From Candidatus Kaiserbacteria bacterium CG_4_10_14_0_2_um_filter_50_16 (GTDB taxonomy: Bacteria; Patescibacteriota; Minisyncoccia; Phycocordibacterales; Phycocordibacteraceae): a DNA stretch of 32,965 nt. Shown piece after piece: positions 15,451 to 25,720 of the stretch. The translations under genes were made by a program, and so were the position numbers. The stretch is from NCBI GenBank assembly GCA_002793115.1, contig PFPP01000059.1:1-32965 (forward strand), read 5' to 3'. The notes under the pieces were generated by a model that saw only the letters and a program-made list of their open reading frames with translations, searched no databases and was not told where the DNA came from. Numbering within the stretch: the first letter of the stretch is position 1; each line of letters begins with the position of its first letter.

Positions 15451-17163
15451 TCAGCTGCCGAATGTAGCGAGGCGCACAGAGAGTTTTGCGCACTGGTTTT
15501 GCGCACTAGCAACACGAGAGGCATCTTTCGAGGCCTCGGCTCTGCGTAAATTCGCTACTGCTTCTTGATACGCCTCGCGGATGACAGCTTCTTCAAAGGC
15601 GCGGAGAAGCTCGTCTCCCGCTCTCTCGTCCGGATCCTCACCGAATGTCTGTTCTATAGAGAACAAAACCGATTCCGGAAGCGCGACAGGCGGCAGTTCT
15701 TGAGCTTCAGTAATTCGATAATATTCCAATATGACGCGCTCCGCAAGTGGCGTATGGGGATACGCGTGGACAACAGCGAGAAGCTGTTCAGAGCGAATTT
15801 CCGACGGTGAGCGTGGCGACGCCGTCAGAATCGAACTCTTCTGCACGACTTCCCTGACAACTGGCTGTTTCGGCAGACGCCTAACCGATTCATGAATATC
15901 CTTGATGGGAACTTCCGGAAGATATCTGGCAGTTTTCTCTATAAAATACCCGCGCTCCGTCAAATTTGATATGGCGGCTAAGAGTGGGTATATTATTTCT
16001 TGAACAAGACGTTGGAACCGATGTTGGTCTCGTTCTAGCTCCGCGAACTCAGCTAGAAAGAATTCGACAATAGGTTTTGCGGCGGCAACGCGGAGCGAAA
16101 AATCTTTTGCATCCTCACTGATCAGGTCGGCCGGGTCCTTCCCCTTCGGGAGCCGGGCCGCCTTCACCCGGAGTCCTGCGTGGAAGGCGAGCACCGCAGA
16201 CCGCGCTGTCGCTTTCAGTCCGGCGGGGTCGGCATCAAGAACGAGCATGAGGTTCTCGCTGTAACGCTTCAGAAGCGCGAGATGGCGTTCGGAGAGCGCT
16301 GTGCCAGAAAGCGCCACTGCATTGGCGAAACCCGCCTGGTGCGCAAGAATTACGTCTATCTGCCCCTCGACGAGCATGGTGAACCCGCGCGTGCGAATCG
16401 CATTCTTCGCCCTATCTATACCGAACAGAATTTCTGATTTATGATACAGCTCGGTCTCCGGGCTATTGAGATATTTTGCTACTTCGACCGTGCCATCCTT
16501 CACTAAGGATTCGGAGGATACAATACGGCCGGTAAACGCGACAACACGACCGGCGGCGTCGCGTATTGGAAACAGCAGTCGATTGCGGAATCGATCGTAA
16601 TACGTGCCTGGTTTCCCGTCCGCTTCTTTTATCAATCCGGCGGCGAGGAGTTCATCTGTCGTAAACCCCTCGGCGGTCAGTGCTTCGAGAAGCCCCCGCC
16701 ACACGTCGGGCGCGTAGCCGAGACGCCACGATGTAATCGTTTCATCAGAAAGGCCGCGCTGTTTCGCATACGCCGCGGCAGGACTCCCAAGAAACTTGCC
16801 GGCGTACCATTCGCCCGCCCGGCTCATTGCCTCACGCAGTCGTTCTTTTTTTGACGTGTCCTCGTCGCGTCTGCCTTGAGCATACTCGACAGTAACACCA
16901 GCCATCTCGGCAAGAATCTTTAGAGCTCCTTTGAAATCCACTCCCTCTATTTTTTCAATAAAAGAGAATCCGTCTCCGCCGAGCCCACAACCGAAACAGT
17001 GCCACGCCCCGCGTTCCGGACTCACGTGAAAGGAGGGCGTCTTCTCTTTATGGAAGGGGCACAGTCCGCGCAAGGATTTCCCTGCTTTCGTGAGCTTCAC
17101 ATAAGGGCTGATGATGTCCTGAATGTTCAGGCGTTCTTTTATCTGCTGTACCGTGTCCGACAT
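15451..17163 (-). CDS. dnaG: DNA primase
   Basis: The CHC2 zinc finger is [26 protein letters not shown]. The TOPRIM motifs are LVEGQIDV and LVLDADPAG. Confidence 0.92.
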   Translation of the reverse strand: MSDTVQQIKERLNIQDIISPYVKLTKAGKSLRGLCPFHKEKTPSFHVSPERGAWHCFGCGLGGDGFSFIEKIEGVDFKGALKILAEMAGVTVEYAQGRRDEDTSKKERLREAMSRAGEWYAGKFLGSPAAAYAKQRGLSDETITSWRLGYAPDVWRGLLEALTAEGFTTDELLAAGLIKEADGKPGTYYDRFRNRLLFPIRDAAGRVVAFTGRIVSSESLVKDGTVEVAKYLNSPETELYHKSEILFGIDRAKNAIRTRGFTMLVEGQIDVILAHQAGFANAVALSGTALSERHLALLKRYSENLMLVLDADPAGLKATARSAVLAFHAGLRVKAARLPKGKDPADLISEDAKDFSLRVAAAKPIVEFFLAEFAELERDQHRFQRLVQEIIYPLLAAISNLTERGYFIEKTARYLPEVPIKDIHESVRRLPKQPVVREVVQKSSILTASPRSPSEIRSEQLLAVVHAYPHTPLAERVILEYYRITEAQELPPVALPESVLFSIEQTFGEDPDERAGDELLRAFEEAVIREAYQEAVANLRRAEASKDASRVASAQNQCAKLSVRLATFGS

Positions 17164-17209
17164 CGTTTGATTGTACCGCTTTTTGAAGTCTGGTCACCAC
17201 GGAATATTT

Positions 17210-20200
17210 TTAGATCGCGCGGGGAGAGCGTTGAGCGTATGTTGTTCGTGTGGACGATTGCGTCGGAGCAGGACGTTCTGCCTGAAGCTTCTTGATGCTC
17301 GCGTATTTCTTGCTTCCGGCGAAGCCGGTGCCGGCCGGAATGAGACGACCGAGAATAACGTTTTCTTTTAATCCGCGTAAATGATCAATACTTCCTCGAA
17401 GAGCTGTGTTGATGAGAACCTTCGTCGTTTGCTCAAAAGATGCCGCCGAGAGGAACGACCGGCGCGAGAGCGCGCTCTCTTTGATGCCGAGCACAATCTC
17501 TCGCGCCTTCGGCGCTATCTTATTGGCCGTTTCCATATCTGCGACCGCCTTGGCGAATTCCCAATCCTCCACGACATCGCCGACTGAATAATCGGTATCG
17601 CCAGCATCTGTAATCTTCACTCGCGAAAACATCTGCTTCACGATGACCTCGAGATGCTTGCGTGACACCGATGCTCCTTGCAGTTCATAAATCTTCGATG
17701 CCTCGGTAATAATATATTCCTGCACCGCCGCACGGCCGGCATATTCGAAGAGATCGTCGAGGTCGGCCGAACCGTCGGTGAGAATCTGGCCTTTTACGAC
17801 TGTATCACCTTCTTTTACCAAGGGAACGCGCGGATATGGTGCGAGATAGTCATATGACGAACCGTCCTTCTTCCCCTGTCCAGCTAAAGGTGCTATGACG
17901 ATTACTTTCTCGCGGCCTGCTTCTTTCATTTCAATAACAAGCCCGTCAGACTTCGATATGACTGCCGGATGCTTCGGCGAGCGCTTCTCGAACACTTCCT
18001 CAACGCGCGGAAGACCGCTCGTGATATCGCCGCCAATCGAGGCAACACCGCCTTGGTGGAAGGTGCGCATGGTGAGCTGCGTTCCAGGTTCGCCGATGGC
18101 TTGCGCGGCGACTGTGCCGACCGCCTCTCCTACATCGACGATCTCCTGGGTCGTGAAGTCCATGCCATAACAGGTCTGACAGATCCCATAGCGCGTCTCA
18201 CAGGACATCGGCGAGCGAACAACGACAGTGGAAACTGAAGATGCGGCAAGTACTCCGGCATCTTCCGCAGAAAGATATTGTCCTTTTTTGAAAAGAACGG
18301 TCTTTCCGATAGATACGTCTTCAACGAGCACGCGGCCGCGAAGGACTTCAGCATAATTGATGTGGATGCCGGATGCGCTTATGCGATGTATTTTCACGCC
18401 GCGATCGGTGCCGCAATCTTTCTCGGTTACGATGGAATCCTGTGCAACATCAAAAAGGCGGCGAGTCAGATAACCCGCTTTGGCGGTACCGAGTGCCGTA
18501 TCGGTAAGGCCTTTGCGCGCGCCGTGCGTCGACATAAAATACTCGATCGGATTTAATCCCTCGATCATCGAGGAAATAATAGGAACTTCAATCGTCACGC
18601 CGGACGTATCTTGAATGAGGCCTTTCATTCCAGCCATTTGTGTCAGGTTGCCGAGTGTACCGCGAGCGCCCGAGCGTACCATGTCAGCGACGGAACCCAT
18701 CGGGTCGAGTTCGAGAGCGACCTGCTCTTCGACCGCCTGTTTCGCGCCCTGCCACGTTTCAATAGCCATGCGTCGCTTCTCCTCCTCGGCGAGAAGGCCG
18801 TTTGTATAATCTTCTTGTATTTTGACGACCTTTGCTGCCGCTTCGGCGACAATGCGCGACTTCTGTTCAGGCACGGAGATGTCGTCAATAGCCCACGAGA
18901 TGCCTGATCGAGTCGCATAATCAAAACCGAAACGTTTTACCTTATTAACGATATCCGGTACCGCATCGATTCCATACCGTGTAATGCAGTCAGTAACGAT
19001 GCGCGCGAGCACCTTCTTCGTAATAGTTTCATTGATAAACGGATAGTCAGCGGGCAACACGGTGTTGAAGAAAAGCCTACCGACAGTCGTCTGGAACGGA
19101 TGTCCATCGAACGCCGCATACTTTTCTTTCTCGACGACCGGCAGAACATTTATTGTGGCGCGCAGATCGATAGCGCCGTACTCGGATGCGAGAATAGCCG
19201 CGTTCGGCGAAGAAAAATATCCTCCATCGCCATTGGCCCCGTCGATTGCTTTCGTGAGCCAGTAGACGCCTAGGATGATATCGAGCGGTTTCCCCGTGAG
19301 TACGATCATTTCGCCCGAACCCGGCTTTAGGATATTTTTGTTGGCGCTCATAATGTTCTCCGCTTCCCACTGCGCTTCTTCTGAAAGTGGCACGTGCACC
19401 GCCATTTGATCGCCATCGAAATCCGCATTGAATGCATTACAAACGAGCGGATGGAGTTGAATAGCATTGCCCTCGATAAGACGCGGGCGGAATGCCTGGA
19501 TGCCCTGACGGTGGAGGGTTGGCGCACGATTGAGGAGTACATATTTTCCTTTAATGGCTTCTTCAAGAAGCTCCCATACTTCCGGAACACCGTCTTCGAT
19601 GAGGCGCCCCGCACCGCGAATGTTGAACGCGAACTCACGCTCGAGAAGTCCGGCAATGACGAATGGACGGAAAAGTTCAAGCGCCATATGCTTCGGAAGA
19701 CCACATTCGTCAAGCTCCAAATCGGGACCGACGACAATGACCGAACGGCCTGAATAATCAACGCGCTTGCCGAGCAAATTCTGGCGGAAATACCCCCGCT
19801 TCCCTTTCAGGTAATCGGCGAGCGACTTGAGCGGCCGGCGCTGGGCGAGTGTCATGGCACCGGCGGCGGCACCGCTCTTCCTGATTGAATTGTCGAGGAG
19901 CGCATCAACAGCTTCTTGCAGAATGCGCTTCTCATTACGCAGGATGACTTCCGGAGCGTGGATATTGATGAGTTTTTTGAGACGATTATTGCGATTGATG
20001 ACGCGGCGATAGAGATCGTTCACGTCAGAAGTCGCATGACGGCCACCTTCAAGCGCAACCATGGGCCGAAGCGCCGGCGGAATGACTGGAATCCGCGTCA
20101 GGAAAAGCCACTCGGGACGTACGCCCGAGGCGATAAGCCCTGCGATGAGAGAGAGGCGTTTGACGAGCTTCTCGCGCTCGGCGGCGCCAGCGCGCTCATA

Positions 20201-20947
20201 GCGCGCGGAGAGCGTCTTCTCAAGCTCCTTAAGATCTATTTTGCAGAATATATCGTAAATGGCCTCGGCGCCGATGCGCGCCTCGAAGAGACCGCCATAC
20301 TTTACCGAGAAGCGATGATACTCGAGTTCGTCGAGAACCCTGCCGGCCACGATGCCGTCAATCTCGGACTTCATGAGTGTCATCTTCTCCTTGAGCGCAT
20401 CACGATCTTTGTCGCTTCCGAGCGATTTATATTTAGACTTATATTCACTCTCAAGTTCGGCGAAAAGGCGCTTTTTTTCATTGTCCGCAATTGTGGTGAT
20501 GATATAACCAGCGAAATACACAACCTTTTCTATGTCGGTTGCGGATGCGCCAAGGAGGAGCGCCATGCGCGACGGTACTGAACGAAGGAACCAGATGTGT
20601 GCGACTGGCGTGCAAAGCTCGATATGGCCCATGCGCTCGCGCCGAACGATGGAACGCGTTATTTCAACGCCGCACTTATCGCACACGATGCCTTTATACC
20701 GGATGCCTTTATATTTGCCGCAGTAACACTCGTAATCTTTCTCGGGACCAAAGATTTTTTCATCAAAGAGCCCGTGTTTTTCGCTCCTTTGAGTGCGGTA
20801 GTTGATGGTTTCTGGTTTGGTCACCTCGCCAGAAGACCATGCGAGGATGCGCTCTGGTGAAGCTATTGCCAGACGCAGACTATTCCAGGTATCTTGCTTG
20901 CCGGCAGGCAAACGCGAGGAGAAACTGTTGCGGGAAGTGAATGCCAT
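17210..20947 (-). CDS. rpoC: DNA-directed RNA polymerase subunit beta'
   Basis: The catalytic NADFDGDQMAVH and the zinc-binding CYCGKYKGIRYKGIVCDKCG are present. The protein is 1245 aa. Confidence 0.97.
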   Translation of the reverse strand: MAFTSRNSFSSRLPAGKQDTWNSLRLAIASPERILAWSSGEVTKPETINYRTQRSEKHGLFDEKIFGPEKDYECYCGKYKGIRYKGIVCDKCGVEITRSIVRRERMGHIELCTPVAHIWFLRSVPSRMALLLGASATDIEKVVYFAGYIITTIADNEKKRLFAELESEYKSKYKSLGSDKDRDALKEKMTLMKSEIDGIVAGRVLDELEYHRFSVKYGGLFEARIGAEAIYDIFCKIDLKELEKTLSARYERAGAAEREKLVKRLSLIAGLIASGVRPEWLFLTRIPVIPPALRPMVALEGGRHATSDVNDLYRRVINRNNRLKKLINIHAPEVILRNEKRILQEAVDALLDNSIRKSGAAAGAMTLAQRRPLKSLADYLKGKRGYFRQNLLGKRVDYSGRSVIVVGPDLELDECGLPKHMALELFRPFVIAGLLEREFAFNIRGAGRLIEDGVPEVWELLEEAIKGKYVLLNRAPTLHRQGIQAFRPRLIEGNAIQLHPLVCNAFNADFDGDQMAVHVPLSEEAQWEAENIMSANKNILKPGSGEMIVLTGKPLDIILGVYWLTKAIDGANGDGGYFSSPNAAILASEYGAIDLRATINVLPVVEKEKYAAFDGHPFQTTVGRLFFNTVLPADYPFINETITKKVLARIVTDCITRYGIDAVPDIVNKVKRFGFDYATRSGISWAIDDISVPEQKSRIVAEAAAKVVKIQEDYTNGLLAEEEKRRMAIETWQGAKQAVEEQVALELDPMGSVADMVRSGARGTLGNLTQMAGMKGLIQDTSGVTIEVPIISSMIEGLNPIEYFMSTHGARKGLTDTALGTAKAGYLTRRLFDVAQDSIVTEKDCGTDRGVKIHRISASGIHINYAEVLRGRVLVEDVSIGKTVLFKKGQYLSAEDAGVLAASSVSTVVVRSPMSCETRYGICQTCYGMDFTTQEIVDVGEAVGTVAAQAIGEPGTQLTMRTFHQGGVASIGGDITSGLPRVEEVFEKRSPKHPAVISKSDGLVIEMKEAGREKVIVIAPLAGQGKKDGSSYDYLAPYPRVPLVKEGDTVVKGQILTDGSADLDDLFEYAGRAAVQEYIITEASKIYELQGASVSRKHLEVIVKQMFSRVKITDAGDTDYSVGDVVEDWEFAKAVADMETANKIAPKAREIVLGIKESALSRRSFLSAASFEQTTKVLINTALRGSIDHLRGLKENVILGRLIPAGTGFAGSKKYASIKKLQAERPAPTQSSTRTTYAQRSPRAI

Positions 20948-20965
20948 ATATATTAATAATTAATC

Positions 20966-23900
20966 CTATTCCGAGAGTGGCGGCAAGTTCAAGGGTTCTA
21001 TGTCAAGTGCAAGGCCACGAATCTGGTTGGTAAGAACTGCGAAGGATGCGGGGGTGCCGGTGTGACTGATTGGTTCATTCTTCACAATCGCGTCGAAGGC
21101 GGCGGAACGACCTTGAATATCATCTGACTTAATGGTGAGCATCTCGCGCAATGTATAGGCGGCGCCATACCCGAGGAGCGCCCAGACTTCCATTTCGCCG
21201 AAGCGCTGGCCGCCATTTTGCGCTTTGCCGCCGAGCGGCTGCTGGGTAATGAGACTGTATGGGCCGATGGAACGCATATGGATCTTGTCTTCTACCATAT
21301 GATGCAGTTTGAGGACATACATGTAACCGACCGCAATCGTTTGTGCGAATGCATCACCCGAACGTCCGTCATAGAGCTGCATCTTACCAGTCTTTGAGAA
21401 ACCTGCCGCCTCAAGCTCGTTGCGGATTTCGTCTGCAGTCGCGCCTGCGAAGGGCGGAACGATTGCCTGATAGCCGAGCGTGTGCGCGGCGAGCCCGAGG
21501 TGCATTTCGAGAATCTGGCCGAGATTCATGCGGGAAGGAACGCCGAGCGGCGTGAGAATAAGATCGACTGGATTGCCGTCCTTGTCATACGGCATGTCGG
21601 CAACCGGCAGTACGCGGCTGATGACACCTTTGTTACCATGGCGTCCCGCGAGTTTATCGCCGACTGAAACATTACGCACTTGCGCGACAGTGACGACGAT
21701 CTTCTTAATGATGCCGCTTTCGAGCTGGTCGCCACGTTCGCGCAAGAAGATCCGGACGCCGATGACACGACCGCGCTTGCCTCCTTCCATGCGAAGCGAG
21801 GTATCCTTCACATCTTTCGCTTTATCGCCGAAAATGCTGCGTAAGAGACGTTCTTCCGGCGTCAGTTGCGTTTCGCCCTTCGGCGTCACCTTACCCACGA
21901 GAATATCGCCGGGGCGCACTTCCGCGCCGATGCGGATCACCCCTTCCTCATCGAGATTCTTCAAACGCAATTCACCGACATTCGGTATGTCATGTGTCGT
22001 TGTTTCTGGACCGAGCTTCGTATCGCGCACCATGCAATCGAAATCCTCGATATGCACCGTCGTGAACTTCGCTTCTTCGACAAGCCGCTCTGAGATGATG
22101 ATGGCATCTTCGTAATTCGCGCCATTCCAACTCATAAACGCGACGCGCACATTCTGGCCGAGAGCGAGCTGCCCTTGATCGGTGGATGAATTATCTGCGA
22201 GTATGTCTCCCTTCTTTACCTTATCACCGAGCATGACCGAGGGACGTTGCATAAACGCCGAGTTCTGATTGGTCTGAGTAAGTCTTTGGAGATGATATTC
22301 CATTGACTTCCCTTCTTTATTTTTCACCACAATCTTCCGCGCATCGACGTATACGACTTCACCTGCTTCGACAGCTAATACGAGGCGGCCGGTGCTGCGC
22401 GCCGCGTGCGCTTCGATACCTGTCGCGACGAGCGGAACTTCAGGGATGAGAACAGGAGTTGCCTGCTTCTGCATGTTCGAACCCATCAACGCGCGGTTCG
22501 CATCATCATGGTCGACGAAGGGAATCATGGAAGTTGCGATGGAAAACATCTGGTAGGTCGAAGCGTCCATGAGAGTGACGGCATCGCGCGGGATGATGAT
22601 CGGATCACCTTTATGGCGCGCCTCGACGAAATCAGGAATGATGCGGCCGTTCTCGTCGAGCTTGGTCGCGCCATGCGCCACCATTTCGAGTTCTTCATCA
22701 AGCGCGTTGAGATACACGATTTCGTTCGTCACTTTTCCATTCTTTATGCGGACGTACGGCGTTTCGATAACGCCGTAGTCATTAGTACGCGCGTGAATCG
22801 CGAGTCGTAGGATAAGTCCTATATTCTGCCCTTCCGGCGTGTGTATGGGACAAAGACGCCCGTAATGGCTCGGATGCACATCGCGCACCTCGAAGCCCGC
22901 TCGTTCCCGAGTGAGCCCACCGGGGCCGAGCGCCGAGAGCGTCCGCATATTTTCGAGCTCGGCGAGAGCATTCTGCTGTTCCATGAATTGCGAAAGCTGA
23001 TTGACGGTGAAGAATTCATGCACAGCGGCATAAAAAGGGCGCGAGTTGACGAGCGCCATCGGAAGCGTGGTTTCGCTCTCGATAGTCGACATGCGATCTT
23101 GAATATTCCGCTTCATCCGGCTCATGCCTACCCGCATGCGGGCTTGAAGCAATTCGCCGACAAAGCGCACGCGGCGGAATCCAAGATGATCGATGTCATC
23201 AGGGCGCGCCGAGGGATCGGCGTTCAGTTTCGTAATTTCCGAAATGATATGGACGAAATCCGCGAGTCCGAGCGTGCGTTTCTCGAGCGCCTTCTCGGTC
23301 ACCGGGAAACCAAAACGCGCGTTCAGGCGATGACGGCCAACCTTCCCGAGGTCATAGCGATCGGCTGAAAAAAGCGATTGTACGAAGTTTTTTGCATTCT
23401 CGGGCGTCGCGAGGTCGCCGTCACGCATGCGACGATGGATTTCGACATATGCTTCCTCAACGGACTTTGTTTCATCATGTGCGAGCGTCGCTTGTACCGC
23501 CGCGAGCGCGGGTGGATCCTTGGCAAAATGTTTTGCAACCGCCTCGCCCAAGCCACCACCAAAAACCGTCAGGAGCTGAGTGATGGGAAATTTCCGTTTC
23601 CTATCGATTTTCACAAAAATGGCGCCACTCGCTTCCGAATCGAATTCGATCCATACGCCGCGGAGAGGAATGATCTTAGCGCCGAAAAATGACTTGCCGC
23701 GCACGAGATCCGAGATGAAAAAAGCTCCGAAACTCCGCGCGAGCTGCGGAACGATGGCGCGCTCGACGCCCGAAACGATGAAAGAGCCGTGTGGCGTCAT
23801 CATCGGCATATCCGCGAGGAATATCTCCTGCGATTTTTCCGATCCGAACGTCTTGTTAATAAGCTTGACAGTTGCCTTTACCGGTGCCTCGTAGGTACGC

Positions 23901-24139
23901 ATATTCTCGCGCGCAAATTCCTCATCGCACTTCGGTTCGCCGACTTCAAAACTCTCGAATTGAAGTTCGAATTTCTTTCCGGAATAATCGGTGATTGGTG
24001 AGAATTCTTTAAAAAGCTCGGTGAGACCGTCTTTTAAGAGCCAGTCGAACGAACCGCGCTGATGCCCTACGAGGTCCGGAAATGGGACTGAAGGAGCCCG
24101 AAATGCACCGAAAGTCTTTTGGACGAGATTTTTGCGCAT
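20966..24139 (-). CDS. rpoB: DNA-directed RNA polymerase subunit beta
   Basis: Conserved blocks GRHGNKGVISRV, PSRMNLGQILE, RFGEMEVWAL and DDANRALMGSNMQKQA are present. I chose the ATG at 24139 (MRKNLVQ). The 17-aa ORF-track extension is not conserved-looking. Confidence 0.95.
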   Translation of the reverse strand: MRKNLVQKTFGAFRAPSVPFPDLVGHQRGSFDWLLKDGLTELFKEFSPITDYSGKKFELQFESFEVGEPKCDEEFARENMRTYEAPVKATVKLINKTFGSEKSQEIFLADMPMMTPHGSFIVSGVERAIVPQLARSFGAFFISDLVRGKSFFGAKIIPLRGVWIEFDSEASGAIFVKIDRKRKFPITQLLTVFGGGLGEAVAKHFAKDPPALAAVQATLAHDETKSVEEAYVEIHRRMRDGDLATPENAKNFVQSLFSADRYDLGKVGRHRLNARFGFPVTEKALEKRTLGLADFVHIISEITKLNADPSARPDDIDHLGFRRVRFVGELLQARMRVGMSRMKRNIQDRMSTIESETTLPMALVNSRPFYAAVHEFFTVNQLSQFMEQQNALAELENMRTLSALGPGGLTRERAGFEVRDVHPSHYGRLCPIHTPEGQNIGLILRLAIHARTNDYGVIETPYVRIKNGKVTNEIVYLNALDEELEMVAHGATKLDENGRIIPDFVEARHKGDPIIIPRDAVTLMDASTYQMFSIATSMIPFVDHDDANRALMGSNMQKQATPVLIPEVPLVATGIEAHAARSTGRLVLAVEAGEVVYVDARKIVVKNKEGKSMEYHLQRLTQTNQNSAFMQRPSVMLGDKVKKGDILADNSSTDQGQLALGQNVRVAFMSWNGANYEDAIIISERLVEEAKFTTVHIEDFDCMVRDTKLGPETTTHDIPNVGELRLKNLDEEGVIRIGAEVRPGDILVGKVTPKGETQLTPEERLLRSIFGDKAKDVKDTSLRMEGGKRGRVIGVRIFLRERGDQLESGIIKKIVVTVAQVRNVSVGDKLAGRHGNKGVISRVLPVADMPYDKDGNPVDLILTPLGVPSRMNLGQILEMHLGLAAHTLGYQAIVPPFAGATADEIRNELEAAGFSKTGKMQLYDGRSGDAFAQTIAVGYMYVLKLHHMVEDKIHMRSIGPYSLITQQPLGGKAQNGGQRFGEMEVWALLGYGAAYTLREMLTIKSDDIQGRSAAFDAIVKNEPISHTGTPASFAVLTNQIRGLALDIEPLNLPPLSE

Positions 24140-24287
24140 GTGATGTGGCGGTGAAGTAATAAAGGTCGGAATATGTAAACACGCAAACACACGCAGATTT
24201 GCTTCGCTTCGCTTTTGCGCTCTTCTTCAACTCACGTATGAATTTTTGCGCCCCGCACTCCATTACTCACTCGTATCTATACTCCTC

Positions 24288-24316
24288 TGTATATCAGACC
24301 GCCTGTTTTTGCGCAA
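24288..24316 (-). promoter_or_regulatory. Candidate promoter upstream of rpoB
   Basis: On the minus strand this reads TTGCGC, a 17-nt spacer, then TATACA. It lies in the 209-nt trmD-rpoB spacer. It is a pattern match only. Confidence 0.25.
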
Positions 24317-24348
24317 GAGGAGGTGTGGATAAAAAATAGAAGTGGAAA

Positions 24349-24999
24349 TTACTTACAAGAGCGCCACTTGTCAATATTTGCATGATGGCCAGTTTGAAGG
24401 ACTTTCGGGACGCGATATTTTTTACCTTTATATACAATAGTTTCGGGACGAGTGTAGACCATGTGGGAGGCGATGCGGCGCTCCTCGACTGACGCATCTT
24501 TACCGAGGACACCAGGTAAGCGACGCGTGACAGCATCAACAATTGCGAGCGCCGGAATTTCGCCACCCGTATAGATAGCTTCGCCAATAGCGAATTCTTT
24601 TACCGGTGCGAGTGTCTTGAGGATTTTCTTAGCGCGTTCATCAATGCCCTCATAGCGCCCACATATCAAGATGATATCTTGATATGTGGCGAGTATGTCG
24701 GCATCTTTGTTGGTAAATTGCTTGGCTGATGGAGAGAACCAGATGATTATTTTGTTCCTTCTCACAGTCCCTCGACAAGCTCGGGACACTGCCCGTATGA
24801 CTGGCTGTGCAGTCATTACCATTCCTGGGCCGCCGCCATACGGACGCTCGTCTACCTTGCCCCATTTATTTTCTGTAAAATCGCGTGGGTTCTGATACTT
24901 GACTTCAATTTTTTTTCCTTTTCGAGCGCGTCCGATAATCGACGCGCTTAGGTATGCGTCACAAGCTTCTTTAAAAAGTGTAATGAAATGAAATGTCAC
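24349..24999 (-). CDS. trmD: tRNA (guanine37-N1)-methyltransferase
   Basis: ITLFKEACDAYL...SIIGRA, DERPYGGGPGMVM and LICGRYEGIDER are present. The start codon is GTG. Confidence 0.92.
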   Translation of the reverse strand: MTFHFITLFKEACDAYLSASIIGRARKGKKIEVKYQNPRDFTENKWGKVDERPYGGGPGMVMTAQPVIRAVSRACRGTVRRNKIIIWFSPSAKQFTNKDADILATYQDIILICGRYEGIDERAKKILKTLAPVKEFAIGEAIYTGGEIPALAIVDAVTRRLPGVLGKDASVEERRIASHMVYTRPETIVYKGKKYRVPKVLQTGHHANIDKWRSCK

Positions 25000-25001
25000 T
25001 T

Positions 25002-25301
25002 TTATAATTCTTCAACTACCTGATCAACCGTCTTCATCTCCACATTCCTCTTCCCGCCGACCGGTTCATTTATTTTGAGATTCACGCGTGCGTTCCCCTT
25101 CATCCCCACCACACGCAGGAGAATTCGCAATGCCTCCGCGGTCTTGCCGCTTTTGCCGATAATCTTTCCCATGTCCTCCGGGTGGACGGTGAGCGTGAGC
25201 AGGACGCCCATCTGATCGATAGTGCGAGTCGTCTCAACCGATTCGGGGTGGTCGGCGAGCGCCTTCACTGTATATTCGAGAAAGGCTTGGTCCGGTTCCA
25301 T
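25002..25301 (-). CDS. KH-domain RNA-binding protein (YlqC/UPF0109-like)
   Basis: The motif is DMGKIIGKSGKTAEALRILLRV (GxxG KH motif). The gene sits in the usual position between rpsP and trmD. Confidence 0.8.
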   Translation of the reverse strand: MEPDQAFLEYTVKALADHPESVETTRTIDQMGVLLTLTVHPEDMGKIIGKSGKTAEALRILLRVVGMKGNARVNLKINEPVGGKRNVEMKTVDQVVEEL

Positions 25302-25322
25302 ATTATGGTGAGTCGTATCGAA

Positions 25323-25673
25323 CTATTGTGCCACCGGCGCGGGTTCCGGTTCCGCTTCTACCACTACATTTATTGTAGCATCTTTTTCGACTGATGTAAT
25401 CGGCGTTCGCCGCGGCAGCGCATTTACTTTCTTACCTGTAATGACGCCTTTATTAATAAGGAGATTGTGAATTGAATCGGTCGGCTGAGCACCTTTTGCG
25501 ATCCATTCTTTCACATGCTCTTCGTTAAGTGTGAGTGCCTTACTTCTCGGATTATAAGTACCGAGTAATTCGACGATGGAGCCGGCCTTCGCCGCACGTT
25601 CTTTCTCTAAAACAACAATGCGAAACGCCGGATCATTGATCCGGCCAATGCGCTGAAATCGAATCATCAACAT
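25323..25673 (-). CDS. rpsP: 30S ribosomal protein S16 (with a C-terminal extension)
   Basis: The N-terminal sequence is MIRFQRIGRINDPAFRIVV...GTYNP. Confidence 0.9.
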   Translation of the reverse strand: MLMIRFQRIGRINDPAFRIVVLEKERAAKAGSIVELLGTYNPRSKALTLNEEHVKEWIAKGAQPTDSIHNLLINKGVITGKKVNALPRRTPITSVEKDATINVVVEAEPEPAPVAQ

Positions 25674-25720
25674 ACGAACGACTATAGCAGAAGCCCGATA
25701 ATATTGCTAGAGTACGAAAA

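Noticed and set aside
17210-24139. Inteins or large lineage-specific insertions in rpoB or rpoC.
   Set aside because: The lengths (1057 and 1245 aa) are at or below typical bacterial sizes. The conserved blocks follow one another without intervening foreign segments or intein splice motifs.
24140-24190. N-terminal extensions in the ORF track: rpoB from 24190, rpoD from 15493, nusB from 31657, smc from 29956, GH130 from 652 and the bPH protein from 8973.
   Set aside because: The extensions overlap upstream genes or read through palindromes or terminators, as with the TWR-repeat peptide across the 31589-31649 hairpin. They also lack conservation-like sequence. Internal ATGs give N-termini matching the family consensus and sensible intergenic spacing.
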